Source: Flavobacteriaceae bacterium (GTDB taxonomy: Bacteria; Bacteroidota; Bacteroidia; Flavobacteriales; Flavobacteriaceae). From it: a stretch of DNA of 54,064 bases. Positions 1-10,732 of the stretch are shown here, in pieces. Within the stretch, counting starts at the first letter, position 1. The number at the start of each line of letters is the position of its first letter. The stretch lies in the NCBI GenBank assembly GCA_029245825.1, contig JAQWON010000011.1, positions 1-54,064 on the forward strand, in the 5' to 3' direction. The notes beneath the pieces were generated by a model. It did no database searches. It was not told the origin of the DNA and saw only the letters and a program-made list of their open reading frames with translations. Made by a program: the position numbers and the translations under genes.

Positions 1-2865
1 ACTGATTTTGATGGGAATTACTCTATAGAAGCATCTTCGGGTGATATTCTGGTAATTTCTTTTGTTGGATTTACTACTCAAGAAATACCCGTCGGTGACC
101 AAGACCAAATAAATGTTACTCTTGTAGCTGACAGTGAACTAGAGGAAATTATTGTAACTGGATATCGCTCTCAAGCAAGAGGAAGCGTAACCGGGTCTGT
201 AGCAACTGTTGATGTTGCTGATGCAGTAAAAGTCCCTGTTTCAAATGCTGCAGAAGTCCTTCAAGGAAGGGTTGCTGGCGTTACTGTTATCAACAGTGGT
301 CAACCTGGTACGGCTCCAATAGTCCGTATAAGAGGGTATAGTACCCCAAATAATAATGACCCTTTATATGTCATTGATGGTGTACAGACTACTGATGCGT
401 ATGTTTTGAACAGTATAAATCCAAATGATATTGAAAGTATAAGTGTTCTTAAAGATGGAGCAGCTTCGATATATGGAGCTAGAGCATCTAATGGTGTAAT
501 ACTTATAACTACTAAAAGCGGAAAAGGTGTTGAAGGAACAAAAGTTACTGTTGATTTATCTTATGGTACTCAAACCGCAACTAACCTTCCTACTTTATTA
601 ACTGCTTCAGAACATGGCCAGATGTTATGGCAAAGTTATGCTAATGATGGCGTAGCTCCAGACCACGTCCAGTATGGAAATGGCGCGTCTCCTGTAATTC
701 CATCAACTATTCAAGGAATAACAAATGGTAAAACTTTAAATGTCCCTGCCGGAGGAACAGATTGGTTTGATGCAATTTTTGATGCTGCACCAGTTTCAGA
801 TATTAACATCTCTGTCGCAAGTGGATCTGAGAGTTCAAATTTCTTGTTTTCACTTAATCATTTAAAAAGAGATGGTATTATGATAGAAACTGCATATGAG
901 AGAATTGGAATAAGACTTAACTCTGACTTTAATATTAATGACAATATAAAAATAGGGCAAACATTGAATGTTACTACTGATGTTGAAAACAACCCTGGGT
1001 CATATACTCAAGAAGCAATGAGAATGTCTCCATTACTTCCTTTAAGAGCGAATGATGGTACTTTTAGCGGAATTTATGTTACATCTAATAACTTAGGTAA
1101 CGTAACAAGTCCATATGCCTCTCTTAAAAGATCAAGTGACGACTATGCTAAATCAGTTAGAGCTATTGCAGGGGTTTATGCTCAAATAGATCTTACTGAA
1201 GATATATATGTTAAAACTTCATTTAATGGACAGTTTAGAACATTTATGAATAGAAGGTTTGATGATTATACTCCAGAAGCTGAAACTAATTCAGGTGGAG
1301 CTCTACATGAGCAATCATTTAATCAATATGAATGGAACTGGACTACATTAATTAACTGGGGAAAAACAATAGGAAATCATTCCATTGATGCTTTTGCTGG
1401 ATATGAAGCTGTAAAAAATTATTTTAAAGGACATCAAATGACTAGAACTAATTTCTTATTTGATACTCCTGAATTCGTTCTTTTATCTACAGGGACAGGT
1501 ACTCCTAACGTAGATTATGCTAGTGAAAGCTGGAATACTTTAGCTGGTTATTTCTTTAATGCTAGTTATTCTTACAAACGTAAATACTTATTTACGGGAA
1601 GTATTCGTAGTGATAAAACTTCAAGATTCTCAAAAGATCAACAAGATGACTTATTCCCTTCAGCAAGTATTGGATGGGTAATAGATAAAGAAAGTTTCTT
1701 TAATAGTAGCTTTTTTAATTCCATGAAATTAAGAGTTTCTTATGGTGAGATAGGTAATCAAACTTTACCTGCTTCTAATCCTGATGTTAATATTTCTGCC
1801 TTGTCAGAAGACACAGCCTTTTATTCATTTACTGGAGATAGAGGAAATGTTAGTACAGGAGCAGCACTTACCAGTGTAGGAAATCCTAATTTAACATGGG
1901 AGACATCTGTAACTCAAAATATAGGTTTAGATTTCGCTATGTTGAACTCTAAATTATCAGGTAGTCTCGAATACTTTAAAAACACAACTAAAGATTTGAT
2001 CGTAAGAGATAATTCTGTTATTAGTACAACTGCAATTGATGCAGGTGCTCCTTTTGTAAATTTAGGTGAAGTGCAAAATACTGGAGTTGATCTTGCATTA
2101 AGTTATTCTAATGAGACTAATTCTGGATTAAGATATAATTTTAATTTGAACATTTCTTCATATAAAAATGAGGTGCTTGCGTTAGTTAATGATACACCTG
2201 CTTTTGGAGATAACTTTAGGGAAGGTAGTGTTACAAGAACAGCAGTTGGAGAACCAATTTCTCACTTCTATGGAAAACCTCATGATGGACTGACCTCAAA
2301 TGGGCGTCTTAACTTTGTTGATTCAAATGGTGATGGAGTAACAAATGATTCCGATAGAACTATAATTGGTAATCCTCATCCGGATTATACTTTTGGGCTA
2401 AACATGAATTTTGCATATGAAAATTGGGATCTGTCTTTATTTTTAAACGGATCTCAGGGCAATGACATCTATAACTGGGTTAAGATATATAGTGAATTCC
2501 CAACATTTGTTCATGGAGGTAGAGTTGCTAATGTTCTTAACGCATGGACTCCATCAAACACAAACACAAGTGTACCAGCTTTATCATCGGGTGTGCAAAA
2601 TGGAGAAACAGCTCCTAACTCATACATGGTTGAGGATGGTTCGTACACAAGATTAAAATCTGTACAATTAGGATATAATTTTCCTGCAATTGGAATGTTT
2701 GAGAGTATGAGGGCTTATGTTTCTGCAACAAACTTATTTACAATAACAGATTACAGCGGAATGGATCCTGAGGTTGCAAGATCAGGAGCCTTAACTTTAG
2801 GAGTTGATACAGGAACTTATCCTGCTCCTAGAATAGTTTCAGTTGGACTTAATTTAAATTTTTAA
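1..2865 (+). CDS. susC: SusC/RagA-family TonB-dependent outer-membrane transporter (5-prime end outside window)
   Basis: Frame 1 is open from base 1, upstream of the ORF-track Met. It reads TDFDGNYSIEASSGDILVISFVGF (CarboxypepD_reg-like N-domain), then plug motifs NDPLYVIDGV and ISVLKDGAASIYGARASNGVILITTK. A long barrel follows, ending in an aromatic residue (LNLNF). A SusD-like gene starts 4 nt downstream. Confidence 0.9.
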   Translation, partial: TDFDGNYSIEASSGDILVISFVGFTTQEIPVGDQDQINVTLVADSELEEIIVTGYRSQARGSVTGSVATVDVADAVKVPVSNAAEVLQGRVAGVTVINSGQPGTAPIVRIRGYSTPNNNDPLYVIDGVQTTDAYVLNSINPNDIESISVLKDGAASIYGARASNGVILITTKSGKGVEGTKVTVDLSYGTQTATNLPTLLTASEHGQMLWQSYANDGVAPDHVQYGNGASPVIPSTIQGITNGKTLNVPAGGTDWFDAIFDAAPVSDINISVASGSESSNFLFSLNHLKRDGIMIETAYERIGIRLNSDFNINDNIKIGQTLNVTTDVENNPGSYTQEAMRMSPLLPLRANDGTFSGIYVTSNNLGNVTSPYASLKRSSDDYAKSVRAIAGVYAQIDLTEDIYVKTSFNGQFRTFMNRRFDDYTPEAETNSGGALHEQSFNQYEWNWTTLINWGKTIGNHSIDAFAGYEAVKNYFKGHQMTRTNFLFDTPEFVLLSTGTGTPNVDYASESWNTLAGYFFNASYSYKRKYLFTGSIRSDKTSRFSKDQQDDLFPSASIGWVIDKESFFNSSFFNSMKLRVSYGEIGNQTLPASNPDVNISALSEDTAFYSFTGDRGNVSTGAALTSVGNPNLTWETSVTQNIGLDFAMLNSKLSGSLEYFKNTTKDLIVRDNSVISTTAIDAGAPFVNLGEVQNTGVDLALSYSNETNSGLRYNFNLNISSYKNEVLALVNDTPAFGDNFREGSVTRTAVGEPISHFYGKPHDGLTSNGRLNFVDSNGDGVTNDSDRTIIGNPHPDYTFGLNMNFAYENWDLSLFLNGSQGNDIYNWVKIYSEFPTFVHGGRVANVLNAWTPSNTNTSVPALSSGVQNGETAPNSYMVEDGSYTRLKSVQLGYNFPAIGMFESMRAYVSATNLFTITDYSGMDPEVARSGALTLGVDTGTYPAPRIVSVGLNLNF

Positions 2866-2868
2866 AAA

Positions 2869-4551
2869 ATGAGAAATATATATTTAATTTTAATAGGCTT
2901 ATTAGTCTTAACAGTTAATTGCTCGGAAGAGTTTACAGACGTTGATCCAATTGGATCATTAAACGATGCTCAGTTGGCAAATCCAACTGGTGTTGAACTA
3001 TTATTAACAGGTGCTTACTCAGTTTTAGATGCCGGCAGAAATGGTGGTATTGGAAATGGCTGGGGCCGTAGTGCTGATAATTGGGTAGCTGATGTAGCTT
3101 CTGATGATGCCCATAAAGGGAGTACTGATGGTGATCAGCCTGACCTATATGAACTTGAATTATTTAACTGGCAAACGGGTAATGGCTATTTCATGGCTCG
3201 TTGGGAAGTTTTATATGCAGGTGTTAATAGATCTAATGCAGTTATCAACTTAATTGCTAGTAGTGAAACTCCTGCCAATTTTATTGCGGAAGAAGCACAG
3301 GCAAAGTTTTTAAGAGGACACTACAATTTTGAATTAAAAAAGCATTATGATAATGTTCCTAATATAACTGAAGTGAATGCTAGCGAATTAAATTATAATG
3401 TTGCAAATGCTGGCGGAACTTTGTTATCATGGGCAAATATAGAAGCTGATTTTACTTTTGCAAAAGACAACCTTCCTGCTACACGTGCAGGCGGTTATGC
3501 AGTTGGAAGACCAATTTCTTCAACTGCTCAAGCATTCTTAGGAAAAGCTCAACTTTTTCAAGGAAAATGGGCTGAAGCTTCGGCTAATCTTGAAGCTGTA
3601 ATCAGTACAGGAATATATGATTTACATCCTAATTTAGTTGATAATTTTAGATCAGCTACTGAAAATGGTGCTGAAGCTATGTTTGCTATTCAATATTCGG
3701 CTGATGATGGACAAGTTAAACAAGGTAATGCTTCAGGAGCATTAAATTATCCTGCAGCATTTGGTTGGTGTTGTGGTTTTTATCAGCCAACCCAGGACTT
3801 AGTTGATGCATATCAAACTGATAATGGTTTACCTATGCTTGATAATTTTCAAGCAAGTTCTGCTATGGATCATGATTATAACATTACCGCAGAGACAGCA
3901 TTTACTGTGCCATCAGCTACTGTTGATCCGCGTTTAGATTTTACAGTTGGAAGAAGAGGAGTTGATTATAATGGTTATGGAATACATGCTGGAAAATCAT
4001 GGATTCGGGCTAACTTTTCTGATATTTCTGGCCCATATTTACCTAAGAAAAACATCTTCCAAGCAGATGACGCAAATAACTTTGCTCAAGGTGGTTGGGG
4101 TCAAAATCTTTCTGGTCTAAATTATCATATAATGCGATATGCAGATGTTCTTTTAATGGCTGCTGAAGCTGCTGTTGAAACAGGAAGTCTTGAGAGAGGA
4201 AGAACTCTTGTTAATCTAGTTAGAAATAGAGCCAAAACTATGACTCCTGTAGCTGGGACTAATCCTGATATAGAATTGTATAATGACGCGTGGGTAGACG
4301 CAGCTGCTGCTCGTAAAGCAGTTCGTTTCGAAAGAAGATTAGAATTAGCAATGGAAGGGCATCGTTATTTTGATTTAGTAAGATGGGGTAATATGCCTGC
4401 TCATATGAATGCTTATATAGCTAATGAAGCTGCAACTATTACAACTTTTGGTAAAGGACAAACGTTTCAAGATAAACATGTTCGATATCCAATTCCTTTA
4501 TCTGCTATTGACCTTAGTGGCGGAGTATTAGTTCAAAATCCTGGTCACTAA
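2869..4551 (+). CDS. susD: SusD/RagB-family nutrient-binding outer-membrane lipoprotein
   Basis: Lipoprotein signal (LLVLTVNCSEEF), about 560 aa. C-terminal SusD hallmark RFERRLELAMEGHRYFDLVRWG. Positioned immediately after susC. Confidence 0.9.
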   Translation: MRNIYLILIGLLVLTVNCSEEFTDVDPIGSLNDAQLANPTGVELLLTGAYSVLDAGRNGGIGNGWGRSADNWVADVASDDAHKGSTDGDQPDLYELELFNWQTGNGYFMARWEVLYAGVNRSNAVINLIASSETPANFIAEEAQAKFLRGHYNFELKKHYDNVPNITEVNASELNYNVANAGGTLLSWANIEADFTFAKDNLPATRAGGYAVGRPISSTAQAFLGKAQLFQGKWAEASANLEAVISTGIYDLHPNLVDNFRSATENGAEAMFAIQYSADDGQVKQGNASGALNYPAAFGWCCGFYQPTQDLVDAYQTDNGLPMLDNFQASSAMDHDYNITAETAFTVPSATVDPRLDFTVGRRGVDYNGYGIHAGKSWIRANFSDISGPYLPKKNIFQADDANNFAQGGWGQNLSGLNYHIMRYADVLLMAAEAAVETGSLERGRTLVNLVRNRAKTMTPVAGTNPDIELYNDAWVDAAAARKAVRFERRLELAMEGHRYFDLVRWGNMPAHMNAYIANEAATITTFGKGQTFQDKHVRYPIPLSAIDLSGGVLVQNPGH

Positions 4552-4576
4552 TTTTATAAGTTACTTTTTAAAAAAA

Positions 4577-4602
4577 AGCTCCTTTTCTAAAGGGGCTTTT
4601 TT
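4577..4602 (+). terminator. Rho-independent terminator/attenuator candidate between susD and the GH16 gene
   Basis: The stem agctccttt/aaaggggct has 9 bp (one G-U pair) with a 3-nt loop. It is followed by a run of 6 T (4597-4602) and preceded by an A-run. Confidence 0.45.
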
Positions 4603-4616
4603 ATTAAACTTCCAGA

Positions 4617-5489
4617 ATGAGAACCATTTTATTATTTAAAATATTTCCTTTATTAATTATTTTTTTAGTAATTACTTGTTCTTCCAATGAGGAAGAACTA
4701 TCAAATCAAATGGAAATCACAACAGAAACTTACTATTTAATTGGAGAAGATCTGACCCTAATTTGGAGTGATGAATTTGATTATGAAGGATCTCCAGATA
4801 TAGATAAATGGCATCACCAAACAATTGCCCCAAACAATGGAAGTTGGTGGAATGGGGAACTACAACATTATACTAACAGATTAGAAAATTCTTCTGTAAA
4901 CAATGGAACGCTTAAAATTAAAGCTAAAAAAGAACAATATGAATTTGATGATTCTTCAAAATCTTATACTTCTGCTAGGCTTAACTCAAAATTTTCTTTT
5001 AGATATGGAAGAATTGATGTAAGAGCTAAACTTCCAAAAGGATCTGGAACATGGCCTGCTATATGGACACTTGGTGCAAACATTAATGAAATTGGAAATT
5101 ATTTTGGAGACCACTTTGGAAATGTTGGCTGGCCAGCTTGTGGAGAAATTGATATTATGGAGCAAAATGGATGGAATAAAAACAATGTTATTGGTCACCT
5201 TCATTGGGAAGATAATTCTGGACAATATAAAAATCAGGGAGGTACGAAAAGTATTGAAAATTCATATGATGAATTTCATACCTATTCATTAGTTTGGGAT
5301 AGTTCAAAAATTTCTATTCTTTTAGATGATAATACTTTTTTTAGTATGGCAAATACATCCAACAACCCTTATGATAATGATCATTATCTACTCATTAATA
5401 TTGCTGTAGGTGGAAATCTTGGAGGAGATGTTCCATCTAATTTTTCAGAAGAAATTATGGAAATAGATTATGTAAGAATTTATCAATAA
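4617..5489 (+). CDS. GH16 family beta-1,3-glucanase (laminarinase-like), secreted/lipoprotein
   Basis: Signal peptide with Cys (LVITCSS). GH16 catalytic ExDxxE motif GEIDIMEQ, plus WPAIWTLG and the C-terminal EIDYVRIYQ. Confidence 0.85.
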   Translation: MRTILLFKIFPLLIIFLVITCSSNEEELSNQMEITTETYYLIGEDLTLIWSDEFDYEGSPDIDKWHHQTIAPNNGSWWNGELQHYTNRLENSSVNNGTLKIKAKKEQYEFDDSSKSYTSARLNSKFSFRYGRIDVRAKLPKGSGTWPAIWTLGANINEIGNYFGDHFGNVGWPACGEIDIMEQNGWNKNNVIGHLHWEDNSGQYKNQGGTKSIENSYDEFHTYSLVWDSSKISILLDDNTFFSMANTSNNPYDNDHYLLINIAVGGNLGGDVPSNFSEEIMEIDYVRIYQ

Positions 5490-5492
5490 CTC

Positions 5493-8400
5493 TTGAAGAC
5501 TAAGTCAGTGGATTTAAAATCTTTTTTTATTCTAATTATGTCAATCATAATTCTTGGTTGTGACGACAATTCAGAAAATCTTTTTGTCAAAATAGACAGT
5601 AACACAAGTAATGTTAAGTTCAATAATCAAATAATTGAAAATGATACTTTAAATATCCTGAATGAAGAGTATGTTTTTAATGGGGGAGGTGTGGCAGCTG
5701 CTGATTATAATAATGACGGAAAAACTGATCTTTTTTTTACTGGAAATCAGCAACCCAATAGACTCTATTTGAATCAAGGTGAATTTGTTTTTAAAGACAT
5801 TAGTGAATCAGCAAAAATATTAGCTCAAGACAAGTGGTCTACAGGGGTTACTTATGCTGACATTAATAACGACAATCTTTTGGATATATATGTTTGTGCT
5901 GCTATGTATAAAGAGAATAGAAGAAATATGCTTTTCATAAACAAAGGAGTTAATCCAGAGACAGGAATTATTAATTTTGAAGAAAAAGCATCCGAATATG
6001 GTGTTGACGATTCTGGTAATAGCATGGGAGCTGTCTTTTTTGATTACAATAAAGATGGCTTTATTGACCTCTTTGTTCTAAACAATGAACAAAGTAAAAC
6101 CATTCCTACAAACTATAGAAAAAAAATTAAAGATGGAACTGCTGTTAGTAATGATCGACTATACAAAAATAATGGTGATGGAACTTTTTCTGATGTTACA
6201 ATAGAATCGGGAATTACAGTGGAAGGATTTGGTTTGGGAGTTGCTATCTCTGATGTAAACCATGATGGTTGGCCAGATATATTCATTGGCAACGATTATA
6301 TAACAAATGATCTCCTATATATAAATAACCAAGACGGAACATTCTCTAATAAAATAAGAGATTTTATTAAACATCAAAGTATGTTCTCTATGGGTGTAGA
6401 TATATCTGATTTTAATAATGATGGGTACCCTGATATTGTGTCCTTGGATATGCTTGGCGAATCAAACTATAGAAAAAAAACAACTATTTCATATAGCAAT
6501 TATGAAACTGTTTTTTTAAATCAAAAATGGGATTATGAAACCCAACATTCAAGAAATATGCTGCATCTTGGAAATGGGAATAATGTCCCTTTTAGTGAAA
6601 TAGGTATGCTTTCAGAAATATATCAAACCGATTGGAGCTGGTCTCCTTTATTCTTTGATGCAGATAATGATGGGCTTAGAGACTTGTTTATAACAAATGG
6701 TTTCCCAAGAGATATAACAGATAAAGATTTTTCTGATTTTCGACAAAGTGTTGCCCGATTTGTCAACAGTTCAATCCTTCTAGATTGCATTCCGGTTGTA
6801 AAACAATCAAATTATTCTTTTAAAAATAATGGCGATCTAACTTTTTCTGATAAAAGTAATGATTGGGGGCTTGAAATACCTTCATTTTCAAATGGTGCTG
6901 CTTATGCAGATCTTGACAAAGATGGTGATCTAGACTATATAGTTAACAATATAAATGATGAAGCATTTATCTTTAATAACACTTCTGAAAAATCTCTAAA
7001 CAATAAGTATTTAATGGTTAAACTAAGAGGTCCTGAAAATAACACTACAGGAATAGGGGCCAAGATTGCCGTAAGGTTTCACGGGGATAAATTTCAAACC
7101 CAAGAGATCTATCACACTAGAGGATACATGTCTGGAGTTGAAAACATAATTCATTTTGGCCTTGGAGATCTTGGGGAAATTCTTTCAGTAGAAGTTCTTT
7201 GGCCAGATGGGTCTTTTCAAAAAATCTCTGATGTTAAATCAAATCAAACCATTGAATTCCTTTATAATAATTCAAATGATCTAGATGATAAATCAATCCG
7301 TTTCCCTCTAATTAAAAAAGATTATGATAAAATGTTTACTGAAGTGTCTAAAATTAAAGACATTAACTTTAAACATTCTCAAATTGATCAAGCAGACTTC
7401 CATTTTCAAAGATTACTGCCAAGAAAAATCTCTGAATCCTCTCCTAAAATAGTTTCTGGAGATTTTAATAATGATCGCTTAAATGATTTTGTCGTATCCA
7501 ATTCAAAAGGTGCTTCTCCAAAATTATTCTTACAAAATAATGATGGAAAATTTAATGAATCTACACTTTTCAAATCTGATCATTTTAATGACTATGAATA
7601 TGAAGATTTAGCAACTTTGGATTATGATCTTGATAATGATTTGGATTTAATTTTTTTAGCAAACAAAGAAAATTATTCAAGACAACTTTTTGAAACTAAA
7701 ATTGAACTCTTAAGAAATGATGGAAATGGAAACTTTGAATTGGAAAGTGGCAAGTTTCCACAATTGGATTCTCAAGGCTCAATAATTCGTGTTAATAATA
7801 ACATTAATGAAAAGCTTACTGATATTTTTATTGGAGGAAAAACAAGACTAATAGAATATCCTCACTCTGATACCAGTTCAATTCTTAGAAATATTAATGG
7901 AGAATTTATAGATGTTAGTAAACAAGTTTTTGGGGATAATCCCCCAAAAGGCATTATTAAGGATGCTCTTTGGGTAGATCTTAATAATGACAAAATAAAA
8001 GATCTTGTTGTGGTAAGTGAATTTTATCCCATCCAAATATATCTCCACAACGATGGAAAGCTGATACTCTCAGAAAAAAATGGAATAGAAAATTATTCTG
8101 GCTGGTGGCAATCAATAGAATCCTTAGATAGTGATAACGATGGAGATATGGATCTTTTGATTGGAAATATTGGTGTAAATAATCATTACAATATTTCAAA
8201 GGAAACACCGGTTTCTTTGATTTCAAAAGACTTTGATGAAAATGGATTTGAGGATCCAATCATTTTTTCTTACTCAAAAAGTAAAAAGGGAAAACTAAAA
8301 ATGTATCCCGTTACATTTTGGGGTAACTTAAATAGACAAAGTCCTTTTTTCAGGAAAAAATTTAAATCCTATAGGCAATTTGGGTCCGCAGATTTTAATA

Positions 8401-8828
8401 AAATTTTTTCTGAAGAGGAATTAAAGGGCGTCATAAAATTAGAAGTTAATTTTGATAAAACCTGCTTAATTGAGAACTTAGGAAACGGGAAATTTAAGGT
8501 CCATCTATTACCCAGTAAATCCCAGTTTGCCCCGATATATGATTTTGAAAAAGTTGATCTAAATAATGATGGGTTATTAGACCTGTTGCTAATTGGAAAT
8601 GACTACGGGAATGAGCCCTTTATAGGTCCTTATGATGCCCTTTCAGGTCTTGTTTTAATCAACGCTGGGGAAAATAAATTTGAGGTAATGGAGGAAGAAG
8701 AATCAAATTTTATTGTTCCTGGGAATGCTCGAGATATTGAAAAAATGACTAATAGTAAAGGAGATAATTCATTTTTAGTCTCCCAAAATTCCGGAGAATT
8801 ATTACTCTTTGAAATATCAAAAAAATAA
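5493..8828 (+). CDS. FG-GAP/VCBS-repeat protein with central ASPIC/UnbV domain (CRTAC1 family), lipoprotein
   Basis: TTG start gives MKTKSVDLKSFFILIMSIIILGCDD (lipobox). Many DxNxDGxxD FG-GAP repeats (DYNNDGKTDLF, DVNHDGWPDIF, DLDKDGDLDYI). UnbV-like block GIGAKIAVRFHGDKFQTQEIYHTRGYMSG..FGLGDLGEILSVEVLWPDG. Confidence 0.8.
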   Translation: MKTKSVDLKSFFILIMSIIILGCDDNSENLFVKIDSNTSNVKFNNQIIENDTLNILNEEYVFNGGGVAAADYNNDGKTDLFFTGNQQPNRLYLNQGEFVFKDISESAKILAQDKWSTGVTYADINNDNLLDIYVCAAMYKENRRNMLFINKGVNPETGIINFEEKASEYGVDDSGNSMGAVFFDYNKDGFIDLFVLNNEQSKTIPTNYRKKIKDGTAVSNDRLYKNNGDGTFSDVTIESGITVEGFGLGVAISDVNHDGWPDIFIGNDYITNDLLYINNQDGTFSNKIRDFIKHQSMFSMGVDISDFNNDGYPDIVSLDMLGESNYRKKTTISYSNYETVFLNQKWDYETQHSRNMLHLGNGNNVPFSEIGMLSEIYQTDWSWSPLFFDADNDGLRDLFITNGFPRDITDKDFSDFRQSVARFVNSSILLDCIPVVKQSNYSFKNNGDLTFSDKSNDWGLEIPSFSNGAAYADLDKDGDLDYIVNNINDEAFIFNNTSEKSLNNKYLMVKLRGPENNTTGIGAKIAVRFHGDKFQTQEIYHTRGYMSGVENIIHFGLGDLGEILSVEVLWPDGSFQKISDVKSNQTIEFLYNNSNDLDDKSIRFPLIKKDYDKMFTEVSKIKDINFKHSQIDQADFHFQRLLPRKISESSPKIVSGDFNNDRLNDFVVSNSKGASPKLFLQNNDGKFNESTLFKSDHFNDYEYEDLATLDYDLDNDLDLIFLANKENYSRQLFETKIELLRNDGNGNFELESGKFPQLDSQGSIIRVNNNINEKLTDIFIGGKTRLIEYPHSDTSSILRNINGEFIDVSKQVFGDNPPKGIIKDALWVDLNNDKIKDLVVVSEFYPIQIYLHNDGKLILSEKNGIENYSGWWQSIESLDSDNDGDMDLLIGNIGVNNHYNISKETPVSLISKDFDENGFEDPIIFSYSKSKKGKLKMYPVTFWGNLNRQSPFFRKKFKSYRQFGSADFNKIFSEEELKGVIKLEVNFDKTCLIENLGNGKFKVHLLPSKSQFAPIYDFEKVDLNNDGLLDLLLIGNDYGNEPFIGPYDALSGLVLINAGENKFEVMEEEESNFIVPGNARDIEKMTNSKGDNSFLVSQNSGELLLFEISKK

Positions 8829-8873
8829 TCTTTTTAGGTATAAAATCATTAAATTGAATAAATATTTCAACCT

Positions 8874-9995
8874 ATGACAAATTCTAGTTCCCAAAGATTA
8901 TTATCACTTGACCTTCTCAGAGGAGTTACGATTATTTTTATGATAATTGTTAATGATCCTGGTTCCTGGGATCATGTATATGCTCCTTTATTGCATGCAG
9001 ATTGGAATGGAATTACACCAACTGATTATATTTTCCCTACTTTCTTATTTGTGTTGGGAGCCTCAATAGTACTGTCGATAAGCAAACAAAGGGAAAAGGG
9101 AATTGAGAATAACAGAATCCTTAAAAAAGTATTATGGAGATCAGCTAAAATATATTTAGTTGGTTTGTTTTTGTGGATTTGGGGTACATTTTTTCATACT
9201 TTTTCAATATCCTTTGATGAAATTCGTTGGGTAGGCGTTCTGCAAAGAATTTCATTTGTTTTTCTCTTTTGTGCATTAATTTATATGTACACTTCTAAGA
9301 GAACACAAATCTATATATGCGTTTTAACTCTTATAGGATATTTAATTGTAATGTGTTATGTGCCTGTCCCTGGAATAGGCTATCCAGATCTAAGTGTACC
9401 AGAAAAAAACTGGGCTCATTATATTGATTCAATCTTTTTACCCGGGGTTTTATGGCAGGATACATGGGATCCTGAAGGTATATTTAGCACTCTCCCATCA
9501 ATAGTTACCGGAATTTTTGGAATGTTTGCTGGATATATAATAAAAAAATCATCTGATCTAAAAGAAAAAATAGTTTACCTTTTCCTTTTAGGTTTTTGTT
9601 TACTCCTTGCAGGAGATATAACAAGTTATATTTTCCCGCTTAATAAAAATTTATGGAGCACTTCTTTTACTCTTTTAGTGGGAGGAATATCTTGTTTGGC
9701 ATTTGCGTTTTTTGTTTTTCTTGTCGATCTAAGAGATAATGGTAGATATTTTAAATTTGCAAAAGTATTTGGCGTTAACTCCATCTTTTCTTATGTCCTT
9801 GCTGGTATGATAACATTTGTTTTCTATGGTGATGCTTTATGGGGTTTTGGTTTTAATGATTTATTTATAGAAAATCTTTCATCAATTGGAATTTCAAAAA
9901 AACTATTGTCATTTATTTATGCCCTTATTTATGTTTTGATAATATGGATACCTACAAATTATCTTTATAGAAAAAAAATATACATTAAGTTATAG
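8874..9995 (+). CDS. DUF1624/DUF5009 polytopic membrane protein (heparan-alpha-glucosaminide N-acetyltransferase / NagX-like)
   Basis: The N-terminus RLLSLDLLRGVTIIFMIIVNDPGSW..YAPLLHADWNGITPTDYIFPTFLFVLG is typical of this family. About 10 hydrophobic segments. Confidence 0.7.
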   Translation: MTNSSSQRLLSLDLLRGVTIIFMIIVNDPGSWDHVYAPLLHADWNGITPTDYIFPTFLFVLGASIVLSISKQREKGIENNRILKKVLWRSAKIYLVGLFLWIWGTFFHTFSISFDEIRWVGVLQRISFVFLFCALIYMYTSKRTQIYICVLTLIGYLIVMCYVPVPGIGYPDLSVPEKNWAHYIDSIFLPGVLWQDTWDPEGIFSTLPSIVTGIFGMFAGYIIKKSSDLKEKIVYLFLLGFCLLLAGDITSYIFPLNKNLWSTSFTLLVGGISCLAFAFFVFLVDLRDNGRYFKFAKVFGVNSIFSYVLAGMITFVFYGDALWGFGFNDLFIENLSSIGISKKLLSFIYALIYVLIIWIPTNYLYRKKIYIKL

Positions 9996-9999
9996 TGCT

Positions 10000-10716
10000 A
10001 TGTATAAATACTATTCATCATCAAAGACTTTACTTGATGAAATTGTAGAAAAAAATCGCTCAAAAATTGATCAGGCATCTAAGCTTTTAAGTCAATGTAT
10101 TTGCAATGATAATTTGATCCACACTTTTGGGACAGGTCACTCTCATGTAATAGGGCTTGAACTTTTTGTCAGAGCTGGGGGGTTAGCTAATGTTAATTCT
10201 TTTTTAGATTCCTCTGTTATGACCTCTGAAGGCTCACGAAGAAGTGCTGAAATAGAGAGAATTGAGGGTTACTCAAAAATTATCTGGGATCAGCATAAAA
10301 TTGAAAAAGGAGATGTTTTTATAATTATTTCAAACTCTGGCAGGAATGCCATGCCTATTGAAATTGCAATGCTTGCAAAAGAAAAAGGCTTAAAAGTAAT
10401 TGGAATAACTTCTATTGAACAATCAAAAAAATATCCTTCCAGACATAGCAGTAATAAAAAATTATACGATCTTGCTGACATTGTTATAGATAATTGCGTT
10501 CCTTCAGGAGATGGTATGCTCAATATTGGGGGCAATAAAACTGGGGCAGCATCAACATTGTCAGGAACCTTCATTGTGAATCTAATTTCAACTGAAGCAA
10601 TGCTTTTAGCAAATGAAAAGGGAATTAAGTTGCCAATTTATTATAGCCAAAACATTGATGGATATAGCAATGAAGAACTTTATAACAAGTATGAGAATAG
10701 AATAAAGCATTTATGA
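10000..10716 (+). CDS. SIS (sugar isomerase/phosphosugar-binding) domain protein
   Basis: Single SIS fold signature: IHTFGTGHSHVIGLE, VFIIISNSGRNAMPIE, VIGITS. Starts 4 nt after the preceding gene. Confidence 0.75.
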   Translation: MYKYYSSSKTLLDEIVEKNRSKIDQASKLLSQCICNDNLIHTFGTGHSHVIGLELFVRAGGLANVNSFLDSSVMTSEGSRRSAEIERIEGYSKIIWDQHKIEKGDVFIIISNSGRNAMPIEIAMLAKEKGLKVIGITSIEQSKKYPSRHSSNKKLYDLADIVIDNCVPSGDGMLNIGGNKTGAASTLSGTFIVNLISTEAMLLANEKGIKLPIYYSQNIDGYSNEELYNKYENRIKHL

Positions 10717-10732
10717 AACTTTAACTTTAGAA

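Noticed and set aside
1-4551. SusC/SusD look visibly more GC-rich than neighbouring genes, which might indicate horizontal transfer. Spot counts of single 60-nt lines gave about 45% against about 20-25% in the adjacent FG-GAP gene.
   Set aside because: Equally high spot values occur in atpA and parts of GH16. The variation tracks protein conservation and amino-acid composition, and single 60-nt samples are too noisy. A proper windowed GC/codon analysis is needed before any such claim.
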